Source: Fibrobacteria bacterium (GTDB lineage Bacteria; Fibrobacterota; Fibrobacteria; UBA11236). Taken from it: 55,358 nt of DNA. The DNA is taken from assembly GCA_050486505.1 (NCBI GenBank), contig JBJHDK010000009.1, positions 1 through 55,358 of the forward strand, read 5' to 3'. Each line of letters begins with the position of its first letter. Position 1 is the first letter of the stretch. The notes under the pieces are model-generated. The model did no database searches, was not told the origin of the DNA, and was given only the letters and a program-made list of their open reading frames with translations. Of this stretch, positions 31,299-41,588 are shown one piece after another. Position numbers and translations under genes: made by a program.

Positions 31299-33107
31299 AT
31301 GGCACACCCCCTCCCGAACCTCGCCGCAACCGTCGTCGTCGCCACCTTGTTGAGTGCGACGGCGCTCGTCCACGCGCAATCCTGCCCCGAGCCGGCCTCC
31401 TCCGATTTCCGCGTCGTCACGCTCGTCGGCCCGGGCGACCTCAACGAAAGCAGCGGATCGAATGGTCCCGTACACATCGCCGTGGCCCCCGACCGCCGCG
31501 TCTTCGTGGCCCGCATGATGACGGGGACCATCGTCGTCTTCGACCCTTCCGACAGCACGGTCACGACGTCGGCGACCATCCCCACGCATTTCCAGACCGA
31601 GGACGGGTTGCTTGGCATCGCCCTTCCCCCCGACTTTACGACGACGAACTGGATCTACGCATTCTACACCGACCCCAATACGCAGGCTCCGCACAGGGCC
31701 CATGAACTCGCGCGCTTCACCGTGGTCGACAATCAGCTGACGAACAAGAAAGTGATTCTGCGGATTCCCCGTTCGGTCGGAGAGTTCAGCCATGCGGCAG
31801 GCGGCCTGATGTTCGACAGCACGGGCGTGCTTATCATCGGCACCGGCGACAACGTGAACCCGCACGATGGAAACAACTCCGGGTACGGCCCCATCTGGTA
31901 CCCGAACCCCAATGCCGACGCGCAGAAATCCTCCAGCAACACCAATGATTTGCGCGGCAAGGTGCTGCGCATCAAACCCCTTCCCTTCCCCGACGACCAG
32001 ACGCCAGCTCCCGGCATCGGATCGACGTACTCGGTCCCGGCGGGAAATTTGCGGGACAAGATCTCCGATCCGGCCTTTAATCCCAACTGGAACCCGACCC
32101 AGGACAGTCTCGCGGGAGTACGTCCCGAGGTCTATGCCTTGGGAGTCCGGAATCCCTATCGCCCGCGTGTTGATAGCCGAACCGGTTGGATCTTCTGGGG
32201 TGATGTCGGGCCGGATGCGAACAACAACAGCAGCACCCAGGGAACGCGCGGCTATGACGAATGGAACCTGGCCATCGCCCCGGGATTTTTCGGGCATCCG
32301 TATTGCAACGGCAAGAACCGCCCCTGGAATCAACTGGTTTCCACCAGTCCGCGGACCTATGGGCCCGAGTACAACTGCGCCGCGACCGAAAACGTGTCCC
32401 CCAACAATACGGGGATTCGCAACATGCCTCCGGCCGTTCCCGCCGTATTCGCATACGCAGTCGGAGACAACGCCGGAACGGGAACGGGTCCGGGCGATTC
32501 ACGTTTCGGAAGCGGCGGTTCGGCAGCCATCTCGGGGCCAATGTACCGCTACGATCCCAACCTGCAATCGGCAGTGAAATTTCCTCCTTACTATGAGGGC
32601 AAGATCCTGTTCTTCGACTGGGTTCGCCGGGTTATGCGCTGGCTCGATATCAATCCCGACGGAACCCTTGATGCGACTTCGGCTGCAGTCCGGAATTTCA
32701 CGCCGACGGGGCTTCCACAGGGAAGCTACATCGACGCCCAGTTCGGCCCCGAAGGAGCGTTGTACTTGCTGAAGTTCAGCCAGAACGGATACAGCCTCGG
32801 AAACGGCGCCGCCCTTCTGCGTGTCGAGTACACCGGATCGCAGGATGCATCGTGCTATCAGCCCTTCGTAGCCACGGTCGGCCCCGGCCCCTCGTCGCTG
32901 GTACCGACCCCGATGCGACGGGCATTGCCCCCGGCCATTCACAACGGCGTGCTGACGCTGCCTCCCGGCTACCGCGCCGCCACGTTGCACGACCTGACCG
33001 GGCGGCGCGTCTGGTCTTACAGGCGCACCGATGCCACTCGTGCCGAATCCGTGCCCATTCCTGCACGCTACTCGACCATGTTGCTGCACGCGCGGCTGGT
33101 TCCTTGA
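31299..33107 (+). CDS. Secreted PQQ-dependent sugar dehydrogenase-like protein, paralog 2
   Basis: Same motif order as paralog 1 (EDGLLGI, HAAGGL, NDLRGKVLRI, GVRNPY, KFPPYYEGK, LHDLTGRRVW). Confidence 0.88.
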   Translation: MAHPLPNLAATVVVATLLSATALVHAQSCPEPASSDFRVVTLVGPGDLNESSGSNGPVHIAVAPDRRVFVARMMTGTIVVFDPSDSTVTTSATIPTHFQTEDGLLGIALPPDFTTTNWIYAFYTDPNTQAPHRAHELARFTVVDNQLTNKKVILRIPRSVGEFSHAAGGLMFDSTGVLIIGTGDNVNPHDGNNSGYGPIWYPNPNADAQKSSSNTNDLRGKVLRIKPLPFPDDQTPAPGIGSTYSVPAGNLRDKISDPAFNPNWNPTQDSLAGVRPEVYALGVRNPYRPRVDSRTGWIFWGDVGPDANNNSSTQGTRGYDEWNLAIAPGFFGHPYCNGKNRPWNQLVSTSPRTYGPEYNCAATENVSPNNTGIRNMPPAVPAVFAYAVGDNAGTGTGPGDSRFGSGGSAAISGPMYRYDPNLQSAVKFPPYYEGKILFFDWVRRVMRWLDINPDGTLDATSAAVRNFTPTGLPQGSYIDAQFGPEGALYLLKFSQNGYSLGNGAALLRVEYTGSQDASCYQPFVATVGPGPSSLVPTPMRRALPPAIHNGVLTLPPGYRAATLHDLTGRRVWSYRRTDATRAESVPIPARYSTMLLHARLVP

Positions 33108-33140
33108 CAAAACGCGGCCCGAGGCCGCACGGCAGCAAAC

Positions 33141-33177
33141 GAAAAGCCCCGGCATCTCGTGATGGCCGGGGCTTTTC
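33141..33177. terminator. Bidirectional intrinsic terminator
   Basis: gaaaagccccggc...gccggggcttttc between convergent genes. Confidence 0.8.
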
Positions 33178-33201
33178 GCGCGGCGACCTCGTGACACTGC
33201 A

Positions 33202-33921
33202 CTAAATCGTAACAAGCCGTTTCATCTCGCTCACGGCGGTTCCGAGCCCTTCAAAAACCGCCCGGCTGATAATGGAATGCCCGATGTTCAGTTCCTCGAC
33301 GCCTTCGAGCGCGGCGATCAACCGCACGTTCTCGTAGTTGAGGCCGTGCCCCATGTTGACGCGAAGGCCAAGTTCGAGTGCCAGGGCGCAGGCTTCGCGC
33401 ACGCGGGCCAACTCACGTGCTCCTTCGGCGGTTCCGTACGTGCGGGCGTACACACCGGTGTGAAACTCGACGAAGGCGGCGCCGGCCCCGGCGGAAGCCT
33501 TCACTTGGGCCGCGTCCGGCTCGATGAACAGGGACACCGGAATCCCGGACCGCACCTGCAGTGTCTGGACGGCATGGGAAATCCCTTCCTGGAGCCCGAC
33601 CACGTCGAGCCCCCCCTCCGTGGTCAACTCCTCGCGCCGCTCGGGCACGAGGGTCGCCATGTCGGGCTTGATGTCGTTGGCGAACGCCAGCATCGCCGGA
33701 GTCGCCGCCATCTCGAGGTTGAGGCGCGTTGCGATACTTCGACGCAGCGCGATCACATCCTGCTCTTGGATGTGCCGGCGATCCTCGCGCAGGTGGACGG
33801 TGATGCCGTCCGCGCCCGCCCGCTCGCAGATGGCGGCCGCCTGCACAGGATCCGGCTCGTGTTCGCGGCGCGCCTGGCGCAACGTGGCCACGTGGTCGAT
33901 ATTGATTCCGAGCTTGGGCAT
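33202..33921 (-). CDS. pdxJ: Pyridoxine 5'-phosphate synthase
   Basis: [52 protein letters not shown]. Confidence 0.96.
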   Translation of the reverse strand: MPKLGINIDHVATLRQARREHEPDPVQAAAICERAGADGITVHLREDRRHIQEQDVIALRRSIATRLNLEMAATPAMLAFANDIKPDMATLVPERREELTTEGGLDVVGLQEGISHAVQTLQVRSGIPVSLFIEPDAAQVKASAGAGAAFVEFHTGVYARTYGTAEGARELARVREACALALELGLRVNMGHGLNYENVRLIAALEGVEELNIGHSIISRAVFEGLGTAVSEMKRLVTI

Positions 33922-33961
33922 GGGGCAAGAAAGTAGTTGAGGAAAAGGCGAATCGAGGCAG

Positions 33962-35116
33962 TCAGTCCCGGGTGGGGGGGCGCAGTTCGCGCAACGTCGC
34001 CCAGCGCACGCCCGACTGTTCCAGCACCGTCGCGCGCGCCTGGATCGCGGCCGCGAGTGCATCGGGGAGACCCGGGGCATGGCGCAGCACCCAAACACCT
34101 TCACCGAAGCGCCCCGCGCGCGCCACGCGCAGTTCAAGCTCCCGCCCGAGGGACTCACCCGACGGCGCGACCTGCGCGGTGGCGATGTAGCTGACCGCGC
34201 CGGTGCGCAGCGCGGTGGCCGTCGTCAGGCTGCGGGGCGAGGCCGTGAGGTCGAGAAAAACGAGGCCGCGCGCGGCAAGCAGCGAAAGCGTCGTCTCCAT
34301 CAGGACCGGATGCTCGATGGCGCGCCCGCCGTGACGCGTCGCGAACCCCGTCGCAGCGGGATAGCGATCGAGCCGGCTGCGAAGGATGCGCTCGACCTCG
34401 TCGCGCGACTGATCGATGAACAGCGCGCGCGGGCCGGGACGGATCGCGGGATAGCCTGCCGGCTCCATCGGGAGTTCCAGAAAGATCTCGCGTCCGGCGG
34501 CGCGGGTGCGGCCGGTTCCAAGCACGGCGTGGGTATCGGGAAACACCAAGGTCACCGGTTCGGGAAAGTCGAGCCAGGCGTCGAGATCGGCGGCATCGGC
34601 ACGGCCGAGGTCCGTGATCACCAGCGCCAGGCCGGCCGCCCCGGGAAGCACCGTTCTTCCGAGGGAGATGCGCAGGATCAGGATGTTGCCGCTTCCATCG
34701 GCAAAGCGGTATTCCACGCGATCCGCGTTGCCGCCGATTTCGCGTCCATCGAGGAACTTGAGGCGCGCCCGGACGGCGCGTCGCTCGGCCGCAAGGGCAT
34801 ATTCATGCACGGGACGCCCCCGCGGAACGATGAACTCGATGATTTCACCGTGACGGCGCAGATTGCGCGGTCCGAGCCCGTGTTCGACGGCGTAGGGCAG
34901 GATCATTTTCCCGCGAAAGGCGGACATGTCGTCGTGAAAGAGCCACGGATGCGCGCGGTTCCACTCCGCCGTCGTCACGGAATCCGCCCCCGGAGCTGCT
35001 TCCACGGACACCGTGCCCGAAGCTCCGGCGGGAAACAACCTCGCGGTCAGGACCCCGGCGCCCGCAAGCAAGGCAGTGATCAGGAGAAACAGAAAGATCC
35101 GGCGTGCAGGCTTCAT
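33962..35116 (-). CDS. Divergent polysaccharide deacetylase (YibQ-like), degenerate motifs
   Basis: N-terminal [23 protein letters not shown]...PGP, FLD. Confidence 0.7.
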   Translation of the reverse strand: MKPARRIFLFLLITALLAGAGVLTARLFPAGASGTVSVEAAPGADSVTTAEWNRAHPWLFHDDMSAFRGKMILPYAVEHGLGPRNLRRHGEIIEFIVPRGRPVHEYALAAERRAVRARLKFLDGREIGGNADRVEYRFADGSGNILILRISLGRTVLPGAAGLALVITDLGRADAADLDAWLDFPEPVTLVFPDTHAVLGTGRTRAAGREIFLELPMEPAGYPAIRPGPRALFIDQSRDEVERILRSRLDRYPAATGFATRHGGRAIEHPVLMETTLSLLAARGLVFLDLTASPRSLTTATALRTGAVSYIATAQVAPSGESLGRELELRVARAGRFGEGVWVLRHAPGLPDALAAAIQARATVLEQSGVRWATLRELRPPTRD

Positions 35117-35142
35117 CGGGACGGAGGAAGGTAGGAAGAGGG

Positions 35143-35312
35143 ATTACGAATTACGAATTGCGAGAGGTTGTCCAAGAGTGACGCGGGACCGGGCCGGGAC
35201 ACAATCATTGAAAGGTTTCGCGACCTGCCCGCGGCATATGGAATAAAAAAAGACCACTCCAACAAATGAAAATCCGTGTTCAATTCGTAACCCTTCATTC
35301 GTAATTCGTAAC
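35143..35312. repeat. Inverted heptamer-array element (ATTACGA)
   Basis: Left attacgaattacgaattgcga and right gttcaattcgtaacccttcattcgtaattcgtaac. Confidence 0.85.
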
Positions 35313-35320
35313 TTCCACCG

Positions 35321-36286
35321 ATGTCCATCCACGCCGTTCTCGCAGGGCCGACCGCTTCCGGAAAAACCGCCCTCGCCATCCGTTGGGCCAAGGCCCGCGG
35401 CCTCGAAATCATCTGCGCCGACTCGCGCCAACTTTATCGGGGCTTCGCGATCGGCACCGGATCCCCGACGGAGCAGGAGCGGCAGGGAGTCCCCCACCAT
35501 CTCCTGAATGCATTCGACCCGAACGAACGCTTCTCGCCGAAGCGCTTCGCCGAAGAGGCCGGGGCCATCGTGGCGGCCCGGCCTGGAACCAATTTTCTGG
35601 TGGTGGGCGGCACGGGTCTCTACCTGCGCGAATGGATGTTCCCCGGGGCGGAGGAGAGGGGGGAAACCCCGCGGGCCGTGCGCGAGGCCGCCGCGGCGGC
35701 CATCGCGGAGCGGGGACTCCCCGCGATCCACGCCGAACTTTCGGGACTTGATCCCGAAGGCATGCGGCGTGTCGACCCGAACGACACCTATCGCATCACC
35801 AAGAGGCTCGAAAACTGGCTGTTCACCGGGCGCTCGTATGCCCTGCCGCAGGAACTCCCGCCACTGAACCCGCTGTTTCGCGACGCGCCCTTCCTGTGGC
35901 TGGACCGCGACCGCAAGGAGCTGCACGACCGCATCGCCGCCCGCGCGAAAGACATGTTCCGCCGAGGATGGGTCGATGAGGTGCGAACACTGATGGAACG
36001 CTTCGACCCCCTGCGCACCCCCGCCTTCAACGCCATCGGCTACCGCGAACTGGCGGAAGCGATCGCCGCGGAAGCACCTCCCGAAAAAATCCTGCCGACC
36101 ATCGTGGCACGCACCCGGCAGTATGCGAAAAAGCAGACGACATACTTCCGGCGCCAGATCCCCGGCGCACAGGCCCGGGATCCGGCGAAACTCGAGCGCA
36201 CGCTGGAGTCATCCGGTTGGGACGCCCCCCGCCAGGAATCCGACCGGGAAGGCCCGAAGCAAAACGAAACCGCCGCCGCGTCCTGA
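35321..36286 (+). CDS. miaA: tRNA dimethylallyltransferase
   Basis: GPTASGKT, ADSRQLY, VPHHL, VVGGTGLY, AIGYRE, TRQYAKKQ. Confidence 0.95.
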   Translation: MSIHAVLAGPTASGKTALAIRWAKARGLEIICADSRQLYRGFAIGTGSPTEQERQGVPHHLLNAFDPNERFSPKRFAEEAGAIVAARPGTNFLVVGGTGLYLREWMFPGAEERGETPRAVREAAAAAIAERGLPAIHAELSGLDPEGMRRVDPNDTYRITKRLENWLFTGRSYALPQELPPLNPLFRDAPFLWLDRDRKELHDRIAARAKDMFRRGWVDEVRTLMERFDPLRTPAFNAIGYRELAEAIAAEAPPEKILPTIVARTRQYAKKQTTYFRRQIPGAQARDPAKLERTLESSGWDAPRQESDREGPKQNETAAAS

Positions 36287-36291
36287 AAGCA

Positions 36292-36321
36292 TTGACAACC
36301 GGGCCCGGATGAGCCTAACTT
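36292..36321 (+). promoter_or_regulatory. Putative sigma70 promoter of the tRNA pair
   Basis: TTGACA-18 nt-TAACTT upstream of tRNA-Ile. Confidence 0.5.
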
Positions 36322-36388
36322 TCCGTGTCCGTTTTCAGGATTTTTCCGGCAAAACGGTGCTTTTCGAATGGAACCAAGGTTGTTCCTT

Positions 36389-36465
36389 GGGTCTGTAGCT
36401 CAGTTGGTTAGAGCATCGCTCTGATAAGGCGGGGGTCGGAAGTTCAAGTCTTCCCAGGCCCACCA
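36389..36465 (+). tRNA. tRNA-Ile (GAT)
   Basis: Cloverleaf with GGGTCTG/CAGGCCC acceptor, CTGATAA anticodon loop, TTCAAGT T-loop and encoded CCA. Confidence 0.96.
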
Positions 36466-36494
36466 TTCGAAACGGCGGAGTCGAATTTTACTGA

Positions 36495-36567
36495 GGGGTT
36501 ATAGCTCAGTTGGTAGAGCGCCTGCTTTGCACGCAGGAGGTCAGGAGTTCGACTCTCCTTAACTCCA
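36495..36567 (+). tRNA. tRNA-Ala (TGC), CCA not encoded
   Basis: GGGGTTA/TAACTCC acceptor with G3:U70, TTTGCAC anticodon loop and TTCGACT T-loop. Confidence 0.96.
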
Positions 36568-36608
36568 CGGACTCCTTCCCCACCAGCCCTCGGCGCCCGT
36601 CAGCGAGA

Positions 36609-36652
36609 CCTGCCGACAGCGGGCACTTGCCTGCCGTCCGCTGTCGGCAGTT
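36609..36652. terminator. Hairpin between the tRNA pair and the convergent gene
   Basis: ctgccgacagcgg...ccgctgtcggcag 13-bp perfect stem. Confidence 0.6.
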
Positions 36653-36663
36653 AACCGTCCGCT

Positions 36664-38067
36664 CTACCGCGTCATCGCCACGGAACGCCGCAGCACTTGC
36701 AGGGTGTTACCCCGGGCATCAAGCAAGGTCACTCCCACGGCGTAAACACCCTGCGGGACGAGGCGGCCCGCGGCATCACGCCCGTTCCACGACAACTCCC
36801 CATCGCGCAGGACGGAGGCGTGGCGCGCGACTTCGATCCCGCGCATGTCGGTGACGGTGATGCGCGCGCGCGCCGCGCCGGGCGCGTCGATCCGGAACAG
36901 CAAGCCGTCACCGGCCGCCCGCACCGAGAATCCGGAGGACGCGGCGGTCGCGCGGCCCAGGGAAGCGGGAATCGTGTCCATCACCGAAACCACCGACCCC
37001 GTGCGACGCTGGGTCTGAAAGTCGAGGCGAATCCAGTTTTCGGAGCGTGAGGTGCTCGACATGCGCACTTCGTCGAGGATGCCGTCGAAGGCCCTCTGCA
37101 CATTCGTGTTGGAGGTCGGCTGCGCGCCGATGACGACATCGGTGTTCGTCACCCGCGCCGCGGCCGACCCGGCGGTCGAGAAGCCGAAGTCCTGGCGCTG
37201 GCCATCGACATAGATGCCGATGTCGAAATCCATGCGCACGCCGGTGATGTGGCGCCACACGGCGAAGTCGGAAAACGCCGGAGCATTCACCCAGTTCCAG
37301 CCGGCGGCGGTGAGATCGGTGCCATACTCGAAGAACTCCCAGTCCGTCGCGTCGGCGTTCAATTTGAGTGCGTAGGCATTGTCGTGCTTCGAAAGAATCG
37401 TCCCGTGCCCCGGCATCGACGCGGTGTACACCCAGGCAGAGATGGTGTAGTTACTGCCCTCGGGAAAATTCAGCTTCCCCGAAGCGGACCCGTTCACGCG
37501 AAAGTAATTCCCGCCTGAGATCGATCTTCCCGACCCGATCGCACCCGGAACCGAGCCTGGCGCCCCGTTCTGGGTCGCCGTAAATGCGTTTCCCGTCGCA
37601 TCATTCTCGTTGGCCGAGCCCGCCATGTGCCACACGGCCTGAAAGTGGTTGGTCGTGTCGAACACGCGCGCGGGGTTCGAACTGTCGGCAGCAGTGGCAT
37701 TCCCCCAGTGCATGCGCAGCGCAAAATTCGTGCGGGCCGAAGGAATGGTGTCCACCAGGACCCAGATGGCGGCCTGGCGGCCTGCCGCGTCCCAATGCTC
37801 GATCTCATGGTGCAGGCGAACGGCGTCGCCCACCTTGGTAAAGCGCAGGTCGATGCCGCCCGTGCGTGCCTCCGTGAAAACGGAGGCGTGCGTCGAGTCG
37901 AGGCGCACAAGCAAGGGATAGTTGTGCACTGCAGCCGTGATGCCGGCGGCCTGCGTGTTCACGATGACGTGCTTGTGACCGCTCCAAGCGGTCGCGTAGT
38001 TCTCTTGCCCATGGACTGAAACGACGCAAAGGGTCGCGAAGACTGCGGCGAGCGGGAACTTTTTCAT
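36664..38067 (-). CDS. Secreted DUF2341 + LamG-like + FlgD-Ig/CTD protein
   Basis: Signal peptide then QENY, YPLLVRL, GIDLRF, EIEHWD, VWHM, FDGILDEVRMS, WNGRDAAGRLVPQGVY. Confidence 0.85.
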   Translation of the reverse strand: MKKFPLAAVFATLCVVSVHGQENYATAWSGHKHVIVNTQAAGITAAVHNYPLLVRLDSTHASVFTEARTGGIDLRFTKVGDAVRLHHEIEHWDAAGRQAAIWVLVDTIPSARTNFALRMHWGNATAADSSNPARVFDTTNHFQAVWHMAGSANENDATGNAFTATQNGAPGSVPGAIGSGRSISGGNYFRVNGSASGKLNFPEGSNYTISAWVYTASMPGHGTILSKHDNAYALKLNADATDWEFFEYGTDLTAAGWNWVNAPAFSDFAVWRHITGVRMDFDIGIYVDGQRQDFGFSTAGSAAARVTNTDVVIGAQPTSNTNVQRAFDGILDEVRMSSTSRSENWIRLDFQTQRRTGSVVSVMDTIPASLGRATAASSGFSVRAAGDGLLFRIDAPGAARARITVTDMRGIEVARHASVLRDGELSWNGRDAAGRLVPQGVYAVGVTLLDARGNTLQVLRRSVAMTR

Positions 38068-38321
38068 ACAAACTCTCCTTGGCTGGCAGGCCCGAGGCGG
38101 GCGACATGGATTCCGGCAAGTTAGCGCGGCAGAGAGGTTTCGTGGGACGGTTCTTGCTCAACTTGTAGTCTTTGTACAGAAAGCAATAAAAACGTGCGAG
38201 ACAAGCGGACGTGATCCGCCTCAGCGTCAAAATAAAGTCAGAAAACTATCCGCATCACGGATATCATCCCGTCGCTCCATCTCCGTGGCATGTCACGAAG
38301 ATGGAACAGGCGGAAGAGACC

Positions 38322-39998
38322 TCAGCCGCGATTCTTCCAGTAATACGCCATCAGCCCGTTGGTGGACGCGTCGTGCTTCAACTCCACAGCGCCCCCCTCC
38401 CCGGCCTTGAGCTCGGCCTCGATGGTTTTCGCCAGCTGCTTGCCGAGCTCCACGCCCCACTGGTCGTAGCTGTTCACGCGCCAGAGCACCCCCTGCACGA
38501 AAATCTTGTGTTCGTACAGGGCGATGAGCGCTCCGAGGGTTTCGGGGGTGAGCTCCGACATCACCACCGTGTTGGTGGGACGGTTCCCTTCGAACACCTT
38601 GTGCGGGGCAAGCGCTGCGATGTCGGCGTCGGCCAGGCCTTGGACCTTCAGTTCGGCCTTCGCCTCGTCGAGCGTCTTGCCCTTCATCAACGCTTCGGTC
38701 TGGGCGAAGAAGTTCGCCATGAGAATACGGTGATGCTCCCCGACGGGATTGTGCGAGCGCATGGGCGCGATGAAATCGCAGGGGATCAGGCGCGTGCCCT
38801 GGTGGATGAGCTGGTAGAAGGAGTGTTGGCCGTTGGTGCCGGGCTCGCCCCAGATCACCGGGCCGGTCTTGTAGTCGACGCGCGCCCCGTCGCGGGTGAC
38901 GAACTTGCCGTTCGACTCCATGTCGGCCTGTTGCAGGTAGGCGGGCAGGCGGTGCAGGTATTGGTCGTAGGGCATCACGCCGTGCGACTCGGCACCGAAA
39001 AAGTCGGTGTACCACACGCCCAGCACGGCGAGGATCACCGGCAGGTTCTTGTCGAGCGGCGCCTCGCGGAAGTGGCGATCCATGGCGTCTGCGCCCTTGA
39101 GCAGCTTCTCGAAGTTGTCGAAGCCGACGTGGAGCGCGATGGGCATGCCGATGGCGCTCCACAGGGAGTAGCGCCCGCCGACCCAGTCCCAGAAGGCGAA
39201 GGCATTATCGGCGTCGATGCCGAACTCCTCGACGGCGGGGATGTTGGTGGAGAGCGCGGCGAAGTGTTTCGCCACGGTCGCCGTGTCGCCGCCCATCGCT
39301 TCGAGCAGCGCCGCGCGGGCCGTGCGCGCGTTGGTCATGGTCTCCTGCGTGGTGAAGGTTTTGGAGGCCACGAGGAAGAGCGTCTCTTCAAGATTCACGC
39401 GCCGCAGGATCTCCGCGATGTGCGTGCCGTCGACGTTGGAGACGAAGTGCACGGCGACGCGCTCTTCGCCCTTCGCATCGCGTGCCTCCCTTGCGTAGGG
39501 CTTCAGCGCCTCGGTGATCATCACCGGACCGAGGTCGGAACCGCCGATGCCGATGTTCACCACATGGCGGATGGGCTTGCCGGTGTGCCCCTTCCATTCT
39601 CCGGAACGGATCTTCTCCGTGAAGGCCTTCATCTTCGCCAGCACTTCGCGCACCTTCGGCATCACGTCTTCGCCGTCCACGAGGACGGGTTCCTTGCCCT
39701 GATGGCGCAGCGCCGTGTGCAGCACGGCGCGCTTCTCGGTGAAGTTGATCTTCTCGCCGCCGAACATCGCCGCACGCGCGGCCTCGACGTTTTCCTGCCT
39801 GGCGAGGTCGAGGAGCAGCTTCAGGGTCTCGTCGGTGATGCGGTTCTTGGAAAAGTCGAGGCGAAGGCCGCAGGCCTCGAGCGCGTAGCGCTCCGCGCGC
39901 GCGGGATCCTTCGCGAACAGGTCGCGCATGTGCCACTGGGCGGCGACAGAGTGGTGGGCGGCGAGGGCCTTCCAGGCGGGGGTTGTTGTCAATGACAC
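38322..39998 (-). CDS. pgi: Glucose-6-phosphate isomerase
   Basis: [46 protein letters not shown]. Confidence 0.97.
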   Translation of the reverse strand: MSLTTTPAWKALAAHHSVAAQWHMRDLFAKDPARAERYALEACGLRLDFSKNRITDETLKLLLDLARQENVEAARAAMFGGEKINFTEKRAVLHTALRHQGKEPVLVDGEDVMPKVREVLAKMKAFTEKIRSGEWKGHTGKPIRHVVNIGIGGSDLGPVMITEALKPYAREARDAKGEERVAVHFVSNVDGTHIAEILRRVNLEETLFLVASKTFTTQETMTNARTARAALLEAMGGDTATVAKHFAALSTNIPAVEEFGIDADNAFAFWDWVGGRYSLWSAIGMPIALHVGFDNFEKLLKGADAMDRHFREAPLDKNLPVILAVLGVWYTDFFGAESHGVMPYDQYLHRLPAYLQQADMESNGKFVTRDGARVDYKTGPVIWGEPGTNGQHSFYQLIHQGTRLIPCDFIAPMRSHNPVGEHHRILMANFFAQTEALMKGKTLDEAKAELKVQGLADADIAALAPHKVFEGNRPTNTVVMSELTPETLGALIALYEHKIFVQGVLWRVNSYDQWGVELGKQLAKTIEAELKAGEGGAVELKHDASTNGLMAYYWKNRG

Positions 39999-40145
39999 GG
40001 TGTTCTCCTCATGAAGATGGGCCGTGCTTCAGGGTTCGACGGACGAATGGGGGGAAGCCTTGGCGTTCTGGTTGTGTTATGGACGATGAAATATAGCTGG
40101 GCTCCGAACCCCGATGGGGCGTTCAAAAACCACCCGTTTGCTCAA

Positions 40146-40243
40146 AGCCTCCGGATTTGACTTCGCGGCTCCCTGGTCGAACCGGGACCACGTTGGTTAA
40201 TCACCGGCTTCGAAAGGGAGCCGCGAAGTAAAATCCTGCGGCT
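40146..40243 (+). repeat. Structured hairpin-family element, copy A
   Basis: agcctccggatttgacttcgcggctccc..tcgaaccgg..ccggcttcga..gggagccgcgaagtaaaatcctgcggct. Confidence 0.85.
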
Positions 40244-40272
40244 GTACCGACTCCACCCCACAGGCGTGAGCA

Positions 40273-40375
40273 GGCCTGAGGATTTTACTCCGCAGGCTGC
40301 CTCTCGAAACCGGGAAACCCCTCTCGGGACGATCGGTTTCGAGCAAAGCAGCCGGAGGAGTCAAAACCGAAGGCC
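40273..40375 (-). repeat. Structured hairpin-family element, copy B (inverted relative to A)
   Basis: Reverse complement reads ggccttcggttttgactcctccggctgc..tcgaaaccg..ccggtttcgagaggcagcctgcggagtaaaatcctcaggcc. Confidence 0.85.
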
Positions 40376-40456
40376 GCACTGCTCCGAATCTGATCGGCAG
40401 GGCGCACCCCACGCTTGCTAACTTCGCCGGAATCACCGCACCGACCGGGAGGCATC

Positions 40457-41056
40457 ATGGCAAAACCGGGAATTCCAGGCAAAAAAATCGTTCCCATCCT
40501 CTACGGCATCGCCGTCCTCATGTGCGCCGCCCTGCTCTGGTACGGCCTCACCCGCGGCAAGGACTCCCGCCCCGAAGGCACCCCGCTCCCCGAGCGGCTG
40601 GCCGTCGCACTGGAAGCATTGGAGCAACTCCCCGACGAGTGGACGCGCATCTCGTTCGTGGAAGGGCAGGGGTGGGTGCTCTTCGAGGCCTGCCACTCCG
40701 CCGTGGGGATCCTGCGCATTCACGCCGTCCCTTACCCCCCGCGCCTCGAATGCTTCGACTGCGACACCATCACCGGCGCGACCATCCACAAGGCACGCCT
40801 GCGCGGGTCGCCGCCGCGCATCGAGATGACGACGAAGCCGGAAGGGCATGAGATCACGGTGGAGTCGGTCGATGCGCTGGTGGCGATGCGCTTCTCGGGC
40901 GCACCGGTGCGCGACTATGTGATGACGTGGCGACTCTCCCGCGAGGCGGCGATGTATTTCGTGCCGTCATTCGTCGCGGAGGATTTCGAGGTACTGCGCG
41001 CCGAGGACGCGAACCCGGAGGGGTGTTTGGGGGGTGGGGAGAGTTATGAGTTATGA
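40457..41056 (+). CDS. Hypothetical membrane-anchored protein
   Basis: GGAGG RBS, N-terminal TM helix, GC3-rich codons. Confidence 0.7.
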   Translation: MAKPGIPGKKIVPILYGIAVLMCAALLWYGLTRGKDSRPEGTPLPERLAVALEALEQLPDEWTRISFVEGQGWVLFEACHSAVGILRIHAVPYPPRLECFDCDTITGATIHKARLRGSPPRIEMTTKPEGHEITVESVDALVAMRFSGAPVRDYVMTWRLSREAAMYFVPSFVAEDFEVLRAEDANPEGCLGGGESYEL

Positions 41057-41147
41057 GTGGTGAGTTATGAGTGAGGAATTTTACCTGGCTGAAGCCGGGC
41101 GGGTGGATACAAGCCACGGTGAACACAACAAGTGGTGTAGGCCAAGT

Positions 41148-41252
41148 GTCATCCCCACGAAGGCGGGAATCCAGTCAGCGAAGGTTTGCCTGCGGAGGAT
41201 CACTTCGTAATCAACCGTCTCCAGACTGGACCCCCGCCTTCGCGGGGGTGAC
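41148..41252. repeat. REP-like inverted doublet (GTCATCCCC.CGAAGGCGGGAATCCAG type)
   Basis: gtcatccccacgaaggcgggaatccag ... ctggacccccgccttcgcgggggtgac. Each half is itself palindromic. Confidence 0.8.
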
Positions 41253-41296
41253 GTTTCAGATCTGAACCTTGGCATAGATCGCCCATCTGCGGCACC

Positions 41297-41491
41297 CTAC
41301 CCCACTCCAACCAGTTCGACCTCGCGGAAACCCGCAGCTTCCTTGGCATGCTCGATCGTCAAGCTTACCACACGGCCCTGAACGTCCGGATCCACGATCA
41401 CATCCTCGTTAATCGCGCGCGTCTCGGCAACGGGTAAGTCCGTAAACTCCAGCAGCGCGGTATCCGTGTCGGAGAAATATTTGATGCGCGT
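41297..41491 (-). pseudogene. DUF2283 protein with ACG in place of the start codon
   Basis: (T)RIKYFSDTDTALLEF..VAETRAINEDVIVD.D.QGRVVSLTIEHA. GGAG lies 7 nt upstream of ACG 41491. Confidence 0.65.
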
Positions 41492-41588
41492 GGCGTTACT
41501 CCCTGAATCTTCTGTCGAAAAATGCATTGTACAGATACTGTAAACATCACACTAGAATGCTTCGCCTTCATCACTCATCACTCACGAC

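Noticed and set aside
36567..38300. Genomic island integrated at tRNA-Ala
   Set aside because: No integrase, and I found no duplicated tRNA 3' end in the window.
40135..40160. c-di-GMP-I riboswitch-like caaagcctccgg
   Set aside because: The upstream GGCAAAC/GNRA P2 stem and the matching 3' elements are absent. The sequence is explained by hairpin copy A.
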